Source: an uncultured Prevotellaceae bacterium (GTDB lineage: Bacteria; Bacteroidota; Bacteroidia; Bacteroidales; Bacteroidaceae). Taken from it: a DNA stretch of 64,000 bases. The stretch covers positions 10,059 through 74,058 of the forward strand of contig CAMZAE010000002.1 in NCBI GenBank assembly GCA_947304115.1. Direction: 5' to 3'. The notes beneath the pieces are model-generated. The model did not search any database. It was not told the DNA's origin and saw only the letters and a list, made by a program, of their open reading frames with translations. Positions 28,695-38,741 of the stretch are shown piece by piece. Position numbers and translations under genes: made by a program. Each line of letters begins with the position of its first letter. The first letter of the stretch is position 1.

Positions 28695-31087
28695 AGCACA
28701 ATAAAGTTTCCTTCGTTTCGTTCCGAAACATCCTTCCCAAAATCTATTCCGGGCCTTGGTACAAAAGGACGGCAGTCTGGCTTGCTACCTTCTTGGCCTT
28801 TGTTGTGTTGCTTTTCCTTGCTGTTGACTGCAACTTCTGCTATCTTTTCGGCCGCTCGCCAGGTATCGATGACATCAAGAACCCTGTCGTCAATGAGGCT
28901 TCTGAGGTCTATACCTGTGACGAGGTGCTGATGGGACGCTTCTTCAACGAGAACCGTACACCTATCACCTACGAAGAGATATCGCCTATCTTAATTCGCA
29001 CCCTGATCGACACAGAGGACGAGCGCTTCTATCAGCATCACGGCATTGACATCGTCGGTCTCTTTTCTGCCGGTAAGGACATCCTGTTTGGACATGCCCG
29101 AGGTGCCAGCACCATCACGCAGCAGTTGGCAAAGAACCTTTTCCGCGTCCGCACAAAGTACTCAACAGGCTTACTTGGCCGTCTGCCTGGCATCAAGATA
29201 CTGGTGATGAAGGCCAAGGAATGGATTGTGGCACTGAAGCTCGAAAGGGTGTTCTCTAAGGAAGAGATACTGACGATGTACCTCAATACCGTTGATTTCG
29301 GCAGCAACGCCTACGGCATCAAGACGGCAGCACGCACTTACTTCGGCACGACACCAGATGCACTCACCTATGAACAGGCCGCAACTTTGGTCGGACTGCT
29401 CAAGGCCACCAGTTATTACAACCCCCGCCTCAATCCGCAAAACAGCCTGCAACGTCGTAACACCGTGTTGCAACTTGTCTATGACCACCACCATATCTTC
29501 CTTCTGGGGCAGGAGGCAACGCCTTCACAACTCGACTCCCTGTTCTCCTTGCCTATTGCTATGCGGCAACATGTCACTGAAAGCTATCAGAATGGAATGG
29601 CTCCCTATTTCCGCGAAGCGCTCAAGAGTTATCTCGATTCGCTCTGCACTCAGGGGCTTGTCCCTGGCTATGATGCTATCAACAAGCTGGATCCCGATGC
29701 CGACGGCCTGCACATCTACACTTCCATCGACTCGCGGATGCAGGCATACGCCGAAGCTGCTGTGAGGAAGCAAATGCAGGTCATACAGCAACGTTTTAAT
29801 GAACATTGGGGACACAATAACCCTTGGCAGAATGCACGGCGACAGGAGATACCAAACTTTGCCGAAGACATTGCCCTTCGGTCAACTTACGGCAAGTACC
29901 TCAAGGCAAAATACAAGGAAAATGTTGATTCCATCGACTTTTATCTCCACATGCCCCATCCTGTTCGCCTTTTCAGTTATGATGGTCCCATAGAGCAGGA
30001 GATGAGCACTATAGACTCTGTCCGCTATATGTTGCGTTTCATGCATACAGGTTTCGTTGCCATCGAGCCGGACACACGCTTTGTGCGTGCCTGGGTGGGA
30101 GACATAGATTTCAAGTCTTGGCAAGTAGATAACGTCCGGGCAGTCCATCAGCCAGGCTCCACGTTCAAGCTCTTTGTCTATACAGAGGCCATGCGACAGG
30201 GGCTTAATCCAATTGACCATCGTCTGGATGCCTACATTGCCTATGTCGATACCATAGCCGGCAAGCCCAGAGTATGGGCGCCGCACAATGCCGACGGAGT
30301 GTTCTCCAATCAGGAAGTCTCGCTCAAGAGTGCCTTTGCCATGAGCCTTAACAGCGTTGCGGTACGGGTTGGCATGGAGTGTGGCGTACACAATATCGCC
30401 AAGACCGCCTATGCTATGGGCATTAAGTCAAAGCTGAACGAGACGCGGTCTATGGTGCTTGGCAGTAGCGATGTTTGTCTTTTGGAACTCGTTAACAGCT
30501 ATTGTACCGTAGCCAATGACGGCCGCTATCAGATGCCAATGCTTGTGGAGCGTATAGAGGACAGAGATGGCAACCTCATCTATCAGGCAAAAAAGAAAGA
30601 GAAGAAAGCCATATCCTATCGTTCTGCCTACCTTATGCAAAGGATGCTTGTTGGTGGTCTTTCCGGCACCTCTGGCGGCCTCTGGCGTTACATCCGGCCT
30701 TTCTATGCCGACACCGAGTTCGGGGGCAAGACGGGAACCAGCAACAATCATGCGGATGCCTGGTTCGTAGGCGTTACGCCTGGTCTTGTCGGCGGTGCCT
30801 GGGTGGGTGGTGAATACCCTAGCATCCATTTCCGCACAGGGCAGCTCGGACAGGGCAGTAGAACGGCGCTCCCCATTTTCGGCGAGTTCATACAGAGTGT
30901 TCTTTCCGACGAGCACTTCAGCAAGTATCGCACAAAGTTCCCGCCAGCCAAGGACATTGATCCGCGCTCGTGGACAGGCTCAGGGTATTCGTACCAACGC
31001 CCTGACACGACATCCTACACCTCTGTCCCCTCCTATAATTCTCCAGAGGACGTGACTCCTGCAGAGGATGATACTATTTCTTTGTAA
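28691..31087 (+). CDS. Penicillin-binding protein 1A (bifunctional transglycosylase/transpeptidase)
   Basis: GT51 motifs are EDERFYQHHGID and TITQQLAKN. Transpeptidase motifs are STFK, SLN and KTGT. Confidence 0.9.
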   Translation: MKHNKVSFVSFRNILPKIYSGPWYKRTAVWLATFLAFVVLLFLAVDCNFCYLFGRSPGIDDIKNPVVNEASEVYTCDEVLMGRFFNENRTPITYEEISPILIRTLIDTEDERFYQHHGIDIVGLFSAGKDILFGHARGASTITQQLAKNLFRVRTKYSTGLLGRLPGIKILVMKAKEWIVALKLERVFSKEEILTMYLNTVDFGSNAYGIKTAARTYFGTTPDALTYEQAATLVGLLKATSYYNPRLNPQNSLQRRNTVLQLVYDHHHIFLLGQEATPSQLDSLFSLPIAMRQHVTESYQNGMAPYFREALKSYLDSLCTQGLVPGYDAINKLDPDADGLHIYTSIDSRMQAYAEAAVRKQMQVIQQRFNEHWGHNNPWQNARRQEIPNFAEDIALRSTYGKYLKAKYKENVDSIDFYLHMPHPVRLFSYDGPIEQEMSTIDSVRYMLRFMHTGFVAIEPDTRFVRAWVGDIDFKSWQVDNVRAVHQPGSTFKLFVYTEAMRQGLNPIDHRLDAYIAYVDTIAGKPRVWAPHNADGVFSNQEVSLKSAFAMSLNSVAVRVGMECGVHNIAKTAYAMGIKSKLNETRSMVLGSSDVCLLELVNSYCTVANDGRYQMPMLVERIEDRDGNLIYQAKKKEKKAISYRSAYLMQRMLVGGLSGTSGGLWRYIRPFYADTEFGGKTGTSNNHADAWFVGVTPGLVGGAWVGGEYPSIHFRTGQLGQGSRTALPIFGEFIQSVLSDEHFSKYRTKFPPAKDIDPRSWTGSGYSYQRPDTTSYTSVPSYNSPEDVTPAEDDTISL

Positions 31088-33443
31088 GGTCGAGGACGCG
31101 GACAGCACGGAACTTAAGTCCTGAGCCATGACCGAGGAAGCCGATGTGGCCTGTCTTGTTGAACATGCCAGGGTGGTTCTTGTGGTCAACGGTGTAGGAA
31201 TTCTTGTCGCTGCCGTCGGGTGCTACGTTGTGTCCTTGGCATGCTTCTTTGATGTCGCCATCGACAATGACTTCGCCATTGACGGTAACGGTAACGTGGT
31301 TGCCCTGCACACGGATTTCCTCTTCGCTCCATTCCCCAAGGGGTTTGTGCTTGATGCGCTTGGCAGGGATGACACCATAGACGGAGCCATGCACCTGGTA
31401 TTCGCGCAGGTCTGCATAGATAGGAGCGTCGTGGTCGAGTATCTGTACCTCGCACATGCCGTCATAAGCGGCATCGACACCCATCGTGGTGCGTACACCT
31501 ATGCCATTGTTGACACCAGAACGCAGGAAGCAGAACTCAAAGCGGAAGATGAAGTCGCGGTATTCCTTCTTTGTATATAGATTGCCTTCGCCTTCGTGGT
31601 TGTAGTTGGCAGTGACGTTGATGGCGCCGTTGATGGGGACGTAGCCCACTTTGTTGCCAACGAAGTTGTCAAGGTTAGAGCCGTCGAAGAGGAGTTCAAA
31701 GCCTTGTTCCCTTTCCTCGTCGGAGAGGACGTAGAGAGGCGTGGGCTTCAACTCTGAGAGTTTGCTCTTGAGTTCATCAACAGCATAGCCGTCGTCGGCA
31801 TCGCCTGTCGATTCGAAGATGTTGATGCACTTCTCAAGGTTTGCCTTGACGACCTCGTACTCAATGTCCTCCGTTACCTTGTTCAGGATGTCCTTTTCGG
31901 CGACGGCGGCTGTGTAGCCAAGGTCTTTGTCGTCAAGCTGGTGGCCTACGAAAAGGAAGGCATTGCGTGTGGGCGTCTTGCCGAGCGCGAAGAGGATGCT
32001 TTCCTTGTTCTTTGTGGCCTTAGCCAGAGAGAACGCCTCGCTAAGCTTATTGGTGCGCTCGTTGAGGCTGCGTTCGTTGTCTCTGACAAGGCGGACATAG
32101 GCCATCAGCGCCTTTTCATCGCCATTTTTTGCAAAGGCAAGCAGTGGCTCGGCTGCCTTGTAGTTGCTGGATGTGCCCAGAGCTTTGATGGCTGCGCTGT
32201 CACCTATCTTCACAAGGTCGCTGACGGAAGCGTCCGTTCCTGTTGCGGCAAGCAGAGGATAGAGCAGATGTCTGTTTGGCATCAGGGTGGGGTTCGTGAA
32301 GAATGAGATTTTCTTGTACTGTTCTTCGGCAGGAAGTGTCTGTATGGCAGCGGCACATGCCTTTTGCCATGCAGAGGTGTGGCTCTTCTTTTTGTCGAGC
32401 ACGGTCAGAGCGCCGACAATAGCATTCAATTGGTCGGGTGTCGCTACGCCAGGCAGGGCTTCGAGGGCGGCCTCGCCGTAAGTCTTGTCAGAGGTGAGCT
32501 TTACGATGTAATCGGCAGCTTCTGTGCAGCGGCGGGCAGAAGCGAGCTTCAGCAGAGACAGTTTCTTGTCTCCCTCGGCAGATTTCAATGGCTCCAGCAG
32601 GTTCAGTTTGTCTGAGAACGAGCAGAGGGCGCGGAAGGCTTCGGCATTGTTTTCTCCGCCGAGCTGGTCGATGAGTGTCTTCTGGGCATCCTCTCCACCA
32701 ATTTTGCCAAGGGCTTCGATGGCAGCCTTTGCGGGCTTCCCGCCTTGTGTGGCGACGTTGATGAGTAGAGCCTTCTGGCTTGCCTTCTTGTTGTCGCCGA
32801 GCCAATAGAGGACATCGCACTGGGCTTCCTCGCTAAGGGACTTGTACTTCTTAGCAACAGAAGTAGCCAGTTCGTCTGTGACAAGCCCTTGGGCTGTGGC
32901 AAACTTTAGTGCCTGCATCCGCAGGGCGCGGTCTTTGCTTTTCACGGCTTTTATTATTGCTTTGCCTGCGCCAGTGCCGAGGCTGACCAGTTTGTCATAA
33001 GCCTGGGCGTATGGTGATGCGCCTTGCTGAGCGACGTACATAACATCTTCCTGCTTTGAAAGGAGACGCAGTTCGTTCTCCAGAAACTGCTTGGCATCCT
33101 TGTCGCTCTGTGTGGCGATGGCTTGCTTGAGTCCGTCGCTTACGGCAGAAGCCCACGCGTCGTTTGTTCCGGCAAAGGCAACGGCACCATGAATGACATA
33201 TTCCACCTTGGCGTTCACACGCTGTGCTGCAGGCTTGAGCATTGCGGCCAGCATTGTGATGGACTTTGGAGCGGCCTGTACCAGAGGCTGCATTTCGGTG
33301 TTGAAGTCGGCCTGTGTCTGTATAGGTACGATGGCGAGCACATCCTGGACGATGGTTTCTGTGGAGCGGTTGCGTGCATCCTGAGCAAAGGAATACACAC
33401 TGAGCAGCAATGCTGTTATAATAATAAATAATGTACGTTTCAT
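31074..33443 (-). CDS. HEAT-repeat protein with a C-terminal DUF1080 (3-keto-disaccharide hydrolase-like) domain
   Basis: It has a signal peptide and a long alpha-solenoid N-terminal region. The C-terminal roughly 230 aa have the DUF1080 pattern (..FELLFDGSNLDNF.. NNGIGVR.. EVQILD..). It is paired with a Gfo/Idh/MocA oxidoreductase. Confidence 0.7.
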   Translation of the reverse strand: MKRTLFIIITALLLSVYSFAQDARNRSTETIVQDVLAIVPIQTQADFNTEMQPLVQAAPKSITMLAAMLKPAAQRVNAKVEYVIHGAVAFAGTNDAWASAVSDGLKQAIATQSDKDAKQFLENELRLLSKQEDVMYVAQQGASPYAQAYDKLVSLGTGAGKAIIKAVKSKDRALRMQALKFATAQGLVTDELATSVAKKYKSLSEEAQCDVLYWLGDNKKASQKALLINVATQGGKPAKAAIEALGKIGGEDAQKTLIDQLGGENNAEAFRALCSFSDKLNLLEPLKSAEGDKKLSLLKLASARRCTEAADYIVKLTSDKTYGEAALEALPGVATPDQLNAIVGALTVLDKKKSHTSAWQKACAAAIQTLPAEEQYKKISFFTNPTLMPNRHLLYPLLAATGTDASVSDLVKIGDSAAIKALGTSSNYKAAEPLLAFAKNGDEKALMAYVRLVRDNERSLNERTNKLSEAFSLAKATKNKESILFALGKTPTRNAFLFVGHQLDDKDLGYTAAVAEKDILNKVTEDIEYEVVKANLEKCINIFESTGDADDGYAVDELKSKLSELKPTPLYVLSDEEREQGFELLFDGSNLDNFVGNKVGYVPINGAINVTANYNHEGEGNLYTKKEYRDFIFRFEFCFLRSGVNNGIGVRTTMGVDAAYDGMCEVQILDHDAPIYADLREYQVHGSVYGVIPAKRIKHKPLGEWSEEEIRVQGNHVTVTVNGEVIVDGDIKEACQGHNVAPDGSDKNSYTVDHKNHPGMFNKTGHIGFLGHGSGLKFRAVRVLDLTKK

Positions 33444-33523
33444 GTTTATTTACTATTTGACTATTTACGATTTACTATTTGTAGCACTACCCCAAACCCA
33501 AAGGGGGAGCGGGGAGGGGCATT

Positions 33524-34828
33524 TTATATCAGTTTTCCCCATTCGCCGCGCATGGGCTGGTTGACGAGACGGTTCGCTTCGTCGTCGTTGATGAACGTCT
33601 GCGTCTTTTGGTCGAAGTGGAGCGTGCGGTTGAGGCGCAAGGCACAGACACCCATGTTGACAATCGTGGCACTGTGGTGGCCGTTGCTCTCGTTGAGTGC
33701 GAACTGGCGGCGGTTGCGGACGCACTCCAGGAAGTCCGTGTTGCGTTCTTCCGGATCTGGCAGTTCGTTGATAATCTGCTGCACGTTGGGGATGGTGCAT
33801 TCGAAGCCCTTATAGACCTTGCCCTTCGGTCCTTCGATGTAGGGCACTTTGCCTTCGCTCTCGAAGCCTTCGCCCTCGAGGATAATCTGACAGCCGTCGG
33901 CGTAGGTGTAGGTGATGTTTCTCCAGATGCCGACAGCATCGGGATGTTGCTGCGGAGCGTCAATCTCCACTTTGACGGGGAACTCATCGTCCTTGCCCAA
34001 GATGTACTGCACGGGGTCGATGTAGTGCTGTCCCATGTCTGCCAAGCCGCCGCCGTCGTAGTCGAAGTAGCCACGGAAGGTCTGGTGCGTGCGGTGGATG
34101 TTGTAGGGCTTGTAGGGAGCCGGGCCGAGCCAGAGGTCGTAGTCGAGTTCTTTGGGTACAGGCTGAACCTCAAGGTTCTCCTTGCCAACCCAGAAGAACT
34201 TCCAGGCAAAGCCTGTCGCGCCGGAGATGCGCACCTTCAAGGGCCAGCCGAGCAATCCGCTATCGACAAGCTTCTTCAACGGCTTCACTTCTGTGCCGAG
34301 GCCGTAGAACGTGTCTTTGAAGCGGAACCAGGTGTTCAGGCGGAACACGCGGGCGTTACGCTTCACAGCCTCCTCCACGCGCCGTCCTTCGCCGATGGTG
34401 CGCGTCATGGGCTTTTCGCAGAAGATGTCCTTGCCTGCATTGGCTGCTTCAACGGACATGATGCCGTGCCAATGTGGTGGGGTGGCGATGTGGACGATAT
34501 CTACATTTGTGTCGTGGATGAGGTCGCGGAAGTCGTGATAGGTTTTCACGTCTTCTCCCCACTTCTGCTTGGCGGCAGCGACGGCCGAATCGAGATGCTT
34601 TTGGTCAACGTCGCAAAGTGCTACAAGGCGGCAGCTTTGGTCGCTTGTGAAGTGATGGCTGGACCGGCCGATGCCGCCCACGCCAATCAAGCCTCGTGTC
34701 AACTGGTCGCTGGGAGCGATATAGTTGTTCTTCCCTCCCATCTTGCCCAGCACTTCGCGAGGCATAATACTGAAAATGGCAGCACCGGCCGCACTCTTCG
34801 TAATAAAGGATCGTCTGTTCAGTTTCAT
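33524..34828 (-). CDS. Gfo/Idh/MocA family oxidoreductase with a twin-arginine signal
   Basis: The start at 34828 (MKLNRRSFITKSAAGAAIF, a TAT motif) is preferred. It has the Rossmann motif GLIGVGGIG. Confidence 0.85.
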   Translation of the reverse strand: MKLNRRSFITKSAAGAAIFSIMPREVLGKMGGKNNYIAPSDQLTRGLIGVGGIGRSSHHFTSDQSCRLVALCDVDQKHLDSAVAAAKQKWGEDVKTYHDFRDLIHDTNVDIVHIATPPHWHGIMSVEAANAGKDIFCEKPMTRTIGEGRRVEEAVKRNARVFRLNTWFRFKDTFYGLGTEVKPLKKLVDSGLLGWPLKVRISGATGFAWKFFWVGKENLEVQPVPKELDYDLWLGPAPYKPYNIHRTHQTFRGYFDYDGGGLADMGQHYIDPVQYILGKDDEFPVKVEIDAPQQHPDAVGIWRNITYTYADGCQIILEGEGFESEGKVPYIEGPKGKVYKGFECTIPNVQQIINELPDPEERNTDFLECVRNRRQFALNESNGHHSATIVNMGVCALRLNRTLHFDQKTQTFINDDEANRLVNQPMRGEWGKLI

Positions 34829-34989
34829 GGTGAAATAGAGTTGTATTTTTACTTTTTTCGCTTCAAAGTTAGCATTTTTCATCAACAAGACAAAGCGAAG
34901 TGCCAAAAACTTTTTACAGCATAGCGGGCAAATATCATTTCCGGCATTGTCAGAGAAAACTCACTCAGGCAAGGGAATTCTTTATTTCT

Positions 34990-35072
34990 CGACGTAAATT
35001 GTACATTTTACGTCGCAATTTGTACATTTTACGTCGTAAATTACACAAATTACGTCGTAAAATAAAGAATTC
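34990..35072. repeat. About 4 tandem 21-bp units (CGTCGYAAATTGTACATTTTA-like), bracketed by the inverted repeat GAATTCTTTATTT / AAATAAAGAATTC
   Basis: The units are at 34990, 35011, 35032 and 35053. The outer inverted repeat is 34975..34987 and 35060..35072. The array lies in the divergent intergenic region between the oxidoreductase and the RsmF-like gene. Confidence 0.85.
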
Positions 35073-35171
35073 AAACTGTGGCGTGTGTTTTCTCCCCGTG
35101 AGGAAAAGCAGATATCACTTCGTTAGAACGATTTTCTTTGTTAGTCTGGCTGAAAATAGGGAAATTATGTG

Positions 35172-35179
35172 TACCTTTG
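35172..35179 (+). promoter_or_regulatory. -7 box TACCTTTG upstream of the RsmF-like gene
   Basis: An exact TAnnTTTG match about 24 nt upstream of the ATG at 35203. Confidence 0.5.
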
Positions 35180-35202
35180 TTGCGAGAAAGGAGTCACTAC
35201 TG

Positions 35203-36408
35203 ATGCAAACGGAACTACCGCAGGATTTTGTGCGTCTCATGCACGAGCATTATGACAATTCAACAGCCGATGCGCTCTGCAATGCTTTGGACACGACTGC
35301 GCCGGAGGTTTCCATACGCCTTAATCCGCGAAAGCTTACTGCAAGAGAGGTCTTAGCCCATAATCCTGGCTTGGAGCCTGTGCCTTGGTGCCCGGATGCT
35401 TTCTATCTCAGTGAAAGGCCGGCCTTCACCTTCGACCCCCTGTTCCATGCAGGAGCCTATTATGTGCAGGAAGCATCGTCGATGTATGTGGCCGAAGTGA
35501 TGAGTGAAGAACTCTCAACTCTCAACTCTCAACTTTCAACTTTAGTAGCCCTCGATCTCTGTGCTGCCCCAGGCGGCAAGAGTACGCTTTTGCAAAGCCT
35601 GCTGCCAGAGGGTTCGTTACTTATTTGCAACGAACCGATAGCCAAACGCGCTCAAATTCTTTCGGAGAACATGCAGAAATGGATGACAGGGTTGCCAGAG
35701 ACGGCTCCTCGGTGTGTTGTGACGCAGAATTTTCCCGATGAATTCGGTGTTTTTACAGATTGTGTTGATGTCCTTTTGGCAGATGTCCCCTGCTCTGGCG
35801 AAGGCATGTTCCGCAAGGACGAGGGGGCGAGACGCGAATGGAGCCTTGAGAATGTGTGGAAGTGCCGGCAAAGGCAAAGGGAAATCCTCTCGAATATCTG
35901 GCATGTCCTGAAGCCTGGCGGTCTGCTTGTCTATGGCACATGCACGTTCAACCGCTATGAGGACGAGGACAATACACGCTGGATTTGCGATGAAATGGGC
36001 GGAAATCTCCTCATGGAGCGTCACTTCCTGCCTGGTAGAGACAGGGGAGAAGGCTTCTTTGTGGCTGTGATAAGAAAGCATGAAAAGTTGGATGGACAGG
36101 ACGAAAGAGTATATGAAAAGGTGAAGCGGGCTTGGGGACTTCGTGTCCTTTATGACTCGGCCGTTCCCTCCTCCCTCCTCGAAGGCGGGAGCCGTATAGA
36201 ACTGACCTACAACGAGGCTTTGCAATACCTGCGTCGTGAAGCTATTCGCAAGGAAGCTCCCCGAGGACCTGTCACGCTCTGCTACCGTGGCCTTGTGCTC
36301 GGCCCTGGCAAAAGCGTCGGTTCCCGCATCAACAATCTCTATCCCGAAGCCTGGCGCATCCGCACCACCTATACAACGCCTTTCTCGTTGTTCGAAAGGA
36401 TGGAATGA
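35203..36408 (+). CDS. RsmB/RsmF-family rRNA (cytosine-C5) methyltransferase
   Basis: The SAM-binding motif is DLCAAPGGKST. The catalytic motifs are DVPCSGEGMFRK and GTCTFN. The track start at 34900 crosses the tandem repeats and the promoter. The gene carries a heptad insert (35514..35541) and a G/C hairpin insert (36166..36193). Confidence 0.85.
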   Translation: MQTELPQDFVRLMHEHYDNSTADALCNALDTTAPEVSIRLNPRKLTAREVLAHNPGLEPVPWCPDAFYLSERPAFTFDPLFHAGAYYVQEASSMYVAEVMSEELSTLNSQLSTLVALDLCAAPGGKSTLLQSLLPEGSLLICNEPIAKRAQILSENMQKWMTGLPETAPRCVVTQNFPDEFGVFTDCVDVLLADVPCSGEGMFRKDEGARREWSLENVWKCRQRQREILSNIWHVLKPGGLLVYGTCTFNRYEDEDNTRWICDEMGGNLLMERHFLPGRDRGEGFFVAVIRKHEKLDGQDERVYEKVKRAWGLRVLYDSAVPSSLLEGGSRIELTYNEALQYLRREAIRKEAPRGPVTLCYRGLVLGPGKSVGSRINNLYPEAWRIRTTYTTPFSLFERME

Positions 36409-36492
36409 AGAATAAAGTGGCACGGCCTTAACATTTTTTAATGTTAAACAGATTTTCTTTTGCTTTTTTTTGTCCAAGAACAAAGAAAGTAG

Positions 36493-36500
36493 TATCTTTG
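36493..36500 (+). promoter_or_regulatory. -7 box TATCTTTG upstream of manC
   Basis: An exact TAnnTTTG match about 22 nt upstream of the ATG at 36522. Confidence 0.5.
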
Positions 36501-36521
36501 CCGCATTATTTACCTAATTAG

Positions 36522-37601
36522 ATGAGACAAAAAATGGAAGCGCACAATCATTTGGTAATTATGGCAGGTGGTGTTGGAAGCCGCTTTTGGCCGATGAGCA
36601 CACCGCAGAGGCCCAAGCAGTTTGTAGATGTTATGGGCTGTGGAAGAACACTTATCCAACTGACTTTCGACAGGTTCAAGAAGATTATTCCTGCAGAGAA
36701 CACATGGGTTGTCACGTCGGCAGCGTATGTGGGCATTGTTCGCGAGCAACTTCCGGAGGTTCCCTGGAACCATGTCTTGCTCGAACCTTGTCGCAGGAAT
36801 ACGGCACCGTGTATCGCCTATGCCAGTTGGCGCATCAAGTCACAAGATGCCAAGGCCAACATCGTGGTGACTCCGAGCGATGCCATCGTGATGGATACAG
36901 CCGAGTACCAGCGCGTCATCAAGTCGAGCCTGAAGTTCGTGTCTGAGTCGGATGCGATGGTGACGCTTGGCATGAAGCCCAACCGTCCCGAGACAGGCTA
37001 TGGTTACATACAAGCCGACCTTTCCTTCTCAACGGCCCGCAACAAGGAAATCTTCCGTGTGGACTCTTTCAAGGAGAAGCCCGACATCGACACCGCCAAG
37101 CGTTACATACAGAAGAACAACTTTTTCTGGAACGCCGGTATCTTCATCTGGAACGTCGGCACCATTGCCAATGCGCTTCGTGTCTATCAGCCGACCCTTT
37201 CCAAGATATTCGAGGACTTGCTCCCCGTCTATGGCACCGCCAAGGAGCAGGATGCCATCAACGAGGTGTTCCCGCAGTGCGAGAACATTTCCATCGACTA
37301 CGCCATCATGGAGAAGGCCGAGGAGATTTACGTCTTCCCGACCAGCTTCGGGTGGAGCGACCTGGGCACCTGGGGTTCGCTGCGCGAGAACTCTGAGCGC
37401 GACATCTACGGCAATGCCCTCATCGGGGACAACATCGATGTCTATGAGACAACGAACTGCATCGTTCATGCCACACAGGAGAAGCGCGTCGTGGTGCAGG
37501 GCTTGGACGGCTACATCGTGGCGGAGTGCGACGACACTCTGCTCATCTGCCGTCTTTCCGACGAGCAGCGCATCAAGCAATTCTCTGAACAAGACAAATA
37601 A
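36522..37601 (+). CDS. manC: Mannose-1-phosphate guanylyltransferase
   Basis: It has the nucleotidyltransferase motif VIMAGGVGSRFWP and is 359 aa. It is followed by gmd and fcl. An alternative start is at 36534. Confidence 0.85.
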   Translation: MRQKMEAHNHLVIMAGGVGSRFWPMSTPQRPKQFVDVMGCGRTLIQLTFDRFKKIIPAENTWVVTSAAYVGIVREQLPEVPWNHVLLEPCRRNTAPCIAYASWRIKSQDAKANIVVTPSDAIVMDTAEYQRVIKSSLKFVSESDAMVTLGMKPNRPETGYGYIQADLSFSTARNKEIFRVDSFKEKPDIDTAKRYIQKNNFFWNAGIFIWNVGTIANALRVYQPTLSKIFEDLLPVYGTAKEQDAINEVFPQCENISIDYAIMEKAEEIYVFPTSFGWSDLGTWGSLRENSERDIYGNALIGDNIDVYETTNCIVHATQEKRVVVQGLDGYIVAECDDTLLICRLSDEQRIKQFSEQDK

Positions 37602-37634
37602 AACCATTTCAAGATAACAAATAACGAAACAAAG

Positions 37635-38741
37635 ATGAAAAATATCGCATTGATTACTGGAGTGACAGGCCAAGACGGTTCGTACCTGAGCGAGTTCCTC
37701 CTTGAGAAAGGTTACGAAGTGCATGGCATTATCCGCCGCAGTTCTGTTGACTTTCGCGAGCGCATTGCTCATCTGGAAGGCAAGCCCCATTTCCATCTGC
37801 ACTATGCCGACATGGGCGACTCCATGTCGCTCGTCAAGTTGGTTGGCATGGTTCAACCCACAGAGATATACAACTTGGCTGCACAGAGCCATGTGCAGGT
37901 GAGTTTTGACGCCCCTGAGTTCACGGCAGATGTTGATGCCGTAGGCGTACTGCGCATACTGGAAGCCGTCAGGACAAACCATCTGGAGAAGACTTGTAAG
38001 GTCTATCAGGCTTCGACGTCCGAGCTTTACGGCAAGGTGGAGGAAGTGCCACAGAACGAGAATACGCCCTTCCATCCCTACAGCCCATACGCCGTAGCCA
38101 AGCTCTACGGCTATTGGATTATCAAGGAGTATCGCGAGGCATACGGAATGTTCTGCTGCTCTGGCATCCTCTTTAATCACGAAAGCGAGCGCAGAGGAGA
38201 GACGTTTGTCACTCGCAAGATTACCCTTGCTGCCGCCCGCATCGCCCAAGGCAAGCAAGAGAAGCTTTTCCTGGGAAACCTCGACTCGTTGCGCGACTGG
38301 GGTTATGCCAAGGATTATGTGGAATGCATGTGGCTCATCCTGCAGAACGACAAACCAGAGGACTTTGTCATCGCCACGGGTGTACAGCATTCTGTCCGTG
38401 AGTTCACCGATTTGGCATTCCGTCATGCTGGTATAGAACTCAAGTTCGAAGGCGAAGGCATCAACGAGAAAGGCATCTGTGTGAAGGGGCCTGAGCGGTT
38501 GATAGGCAAGGCACTTGTTGAAGTCAGCGAGGACTTCTATCGCCCCACAGACGTTGTCAACCTCTGGGGTGATCCGACAAAGGCAAAGGCAAAACTTGGC
38601 TGGAATCCCAATAAGACCACTTTTGAGCAGCTTGTCAAGCTGATGGTGGAGCACGACATGGGCAAGGTGGCAGCAGAAGGCGCAGCGGCCAAAGTAAGAA
38701 CGAATCTGGCAGAGTATCTTGAAAAGGGTGTCGTGAAATGA
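37635..38741 (+). CDS. gmd: GDP-mannose 4,6-dehydratase
   Basis: It has [12 protein letters not shown] and the YxxxK motif (YAVAKLY), and is 368 aa. Confidence 0.95.
   Translation: MKNIALITGVTGQDGSYLSEFLLEKGYEVHGIIRRSSVDFRERIAHLEGKPHFHLHYADMGDSMSLVKLVGMVQPTEIYNLAAQSHVQVSFDAPEFTADVDAVGVLRILEAVRTNHLEKTCKVYQASTSELYGKVEEVPQNENTPFHPYSPYAVAKLYGYWIIKEYREAYGMFCCSGILFNHESERRGETFVTRKITLAAARIAQGKQEKLFLGNLDSLRDWGYAKDYVECMWLILQNDKPEDFVIATGVQHSVREFTDLAFRHAGIELKFEGEGINEKGICVKGPERLIGKALVEVSEDFYRPTDVVNLWGDPTKAKAKLGWNPNKTTFEQLVKLMVEHDMGKVAAEGAAAKVRTNLAEYLEKGVVK

Noticed and set aside
34990-35072. Possible CRISPR array (regularly spaced repeats)
   Set aside because: The units are contiguous 21-mers with no spacers. 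There are no cas genes in the window, and the units are degenerate.
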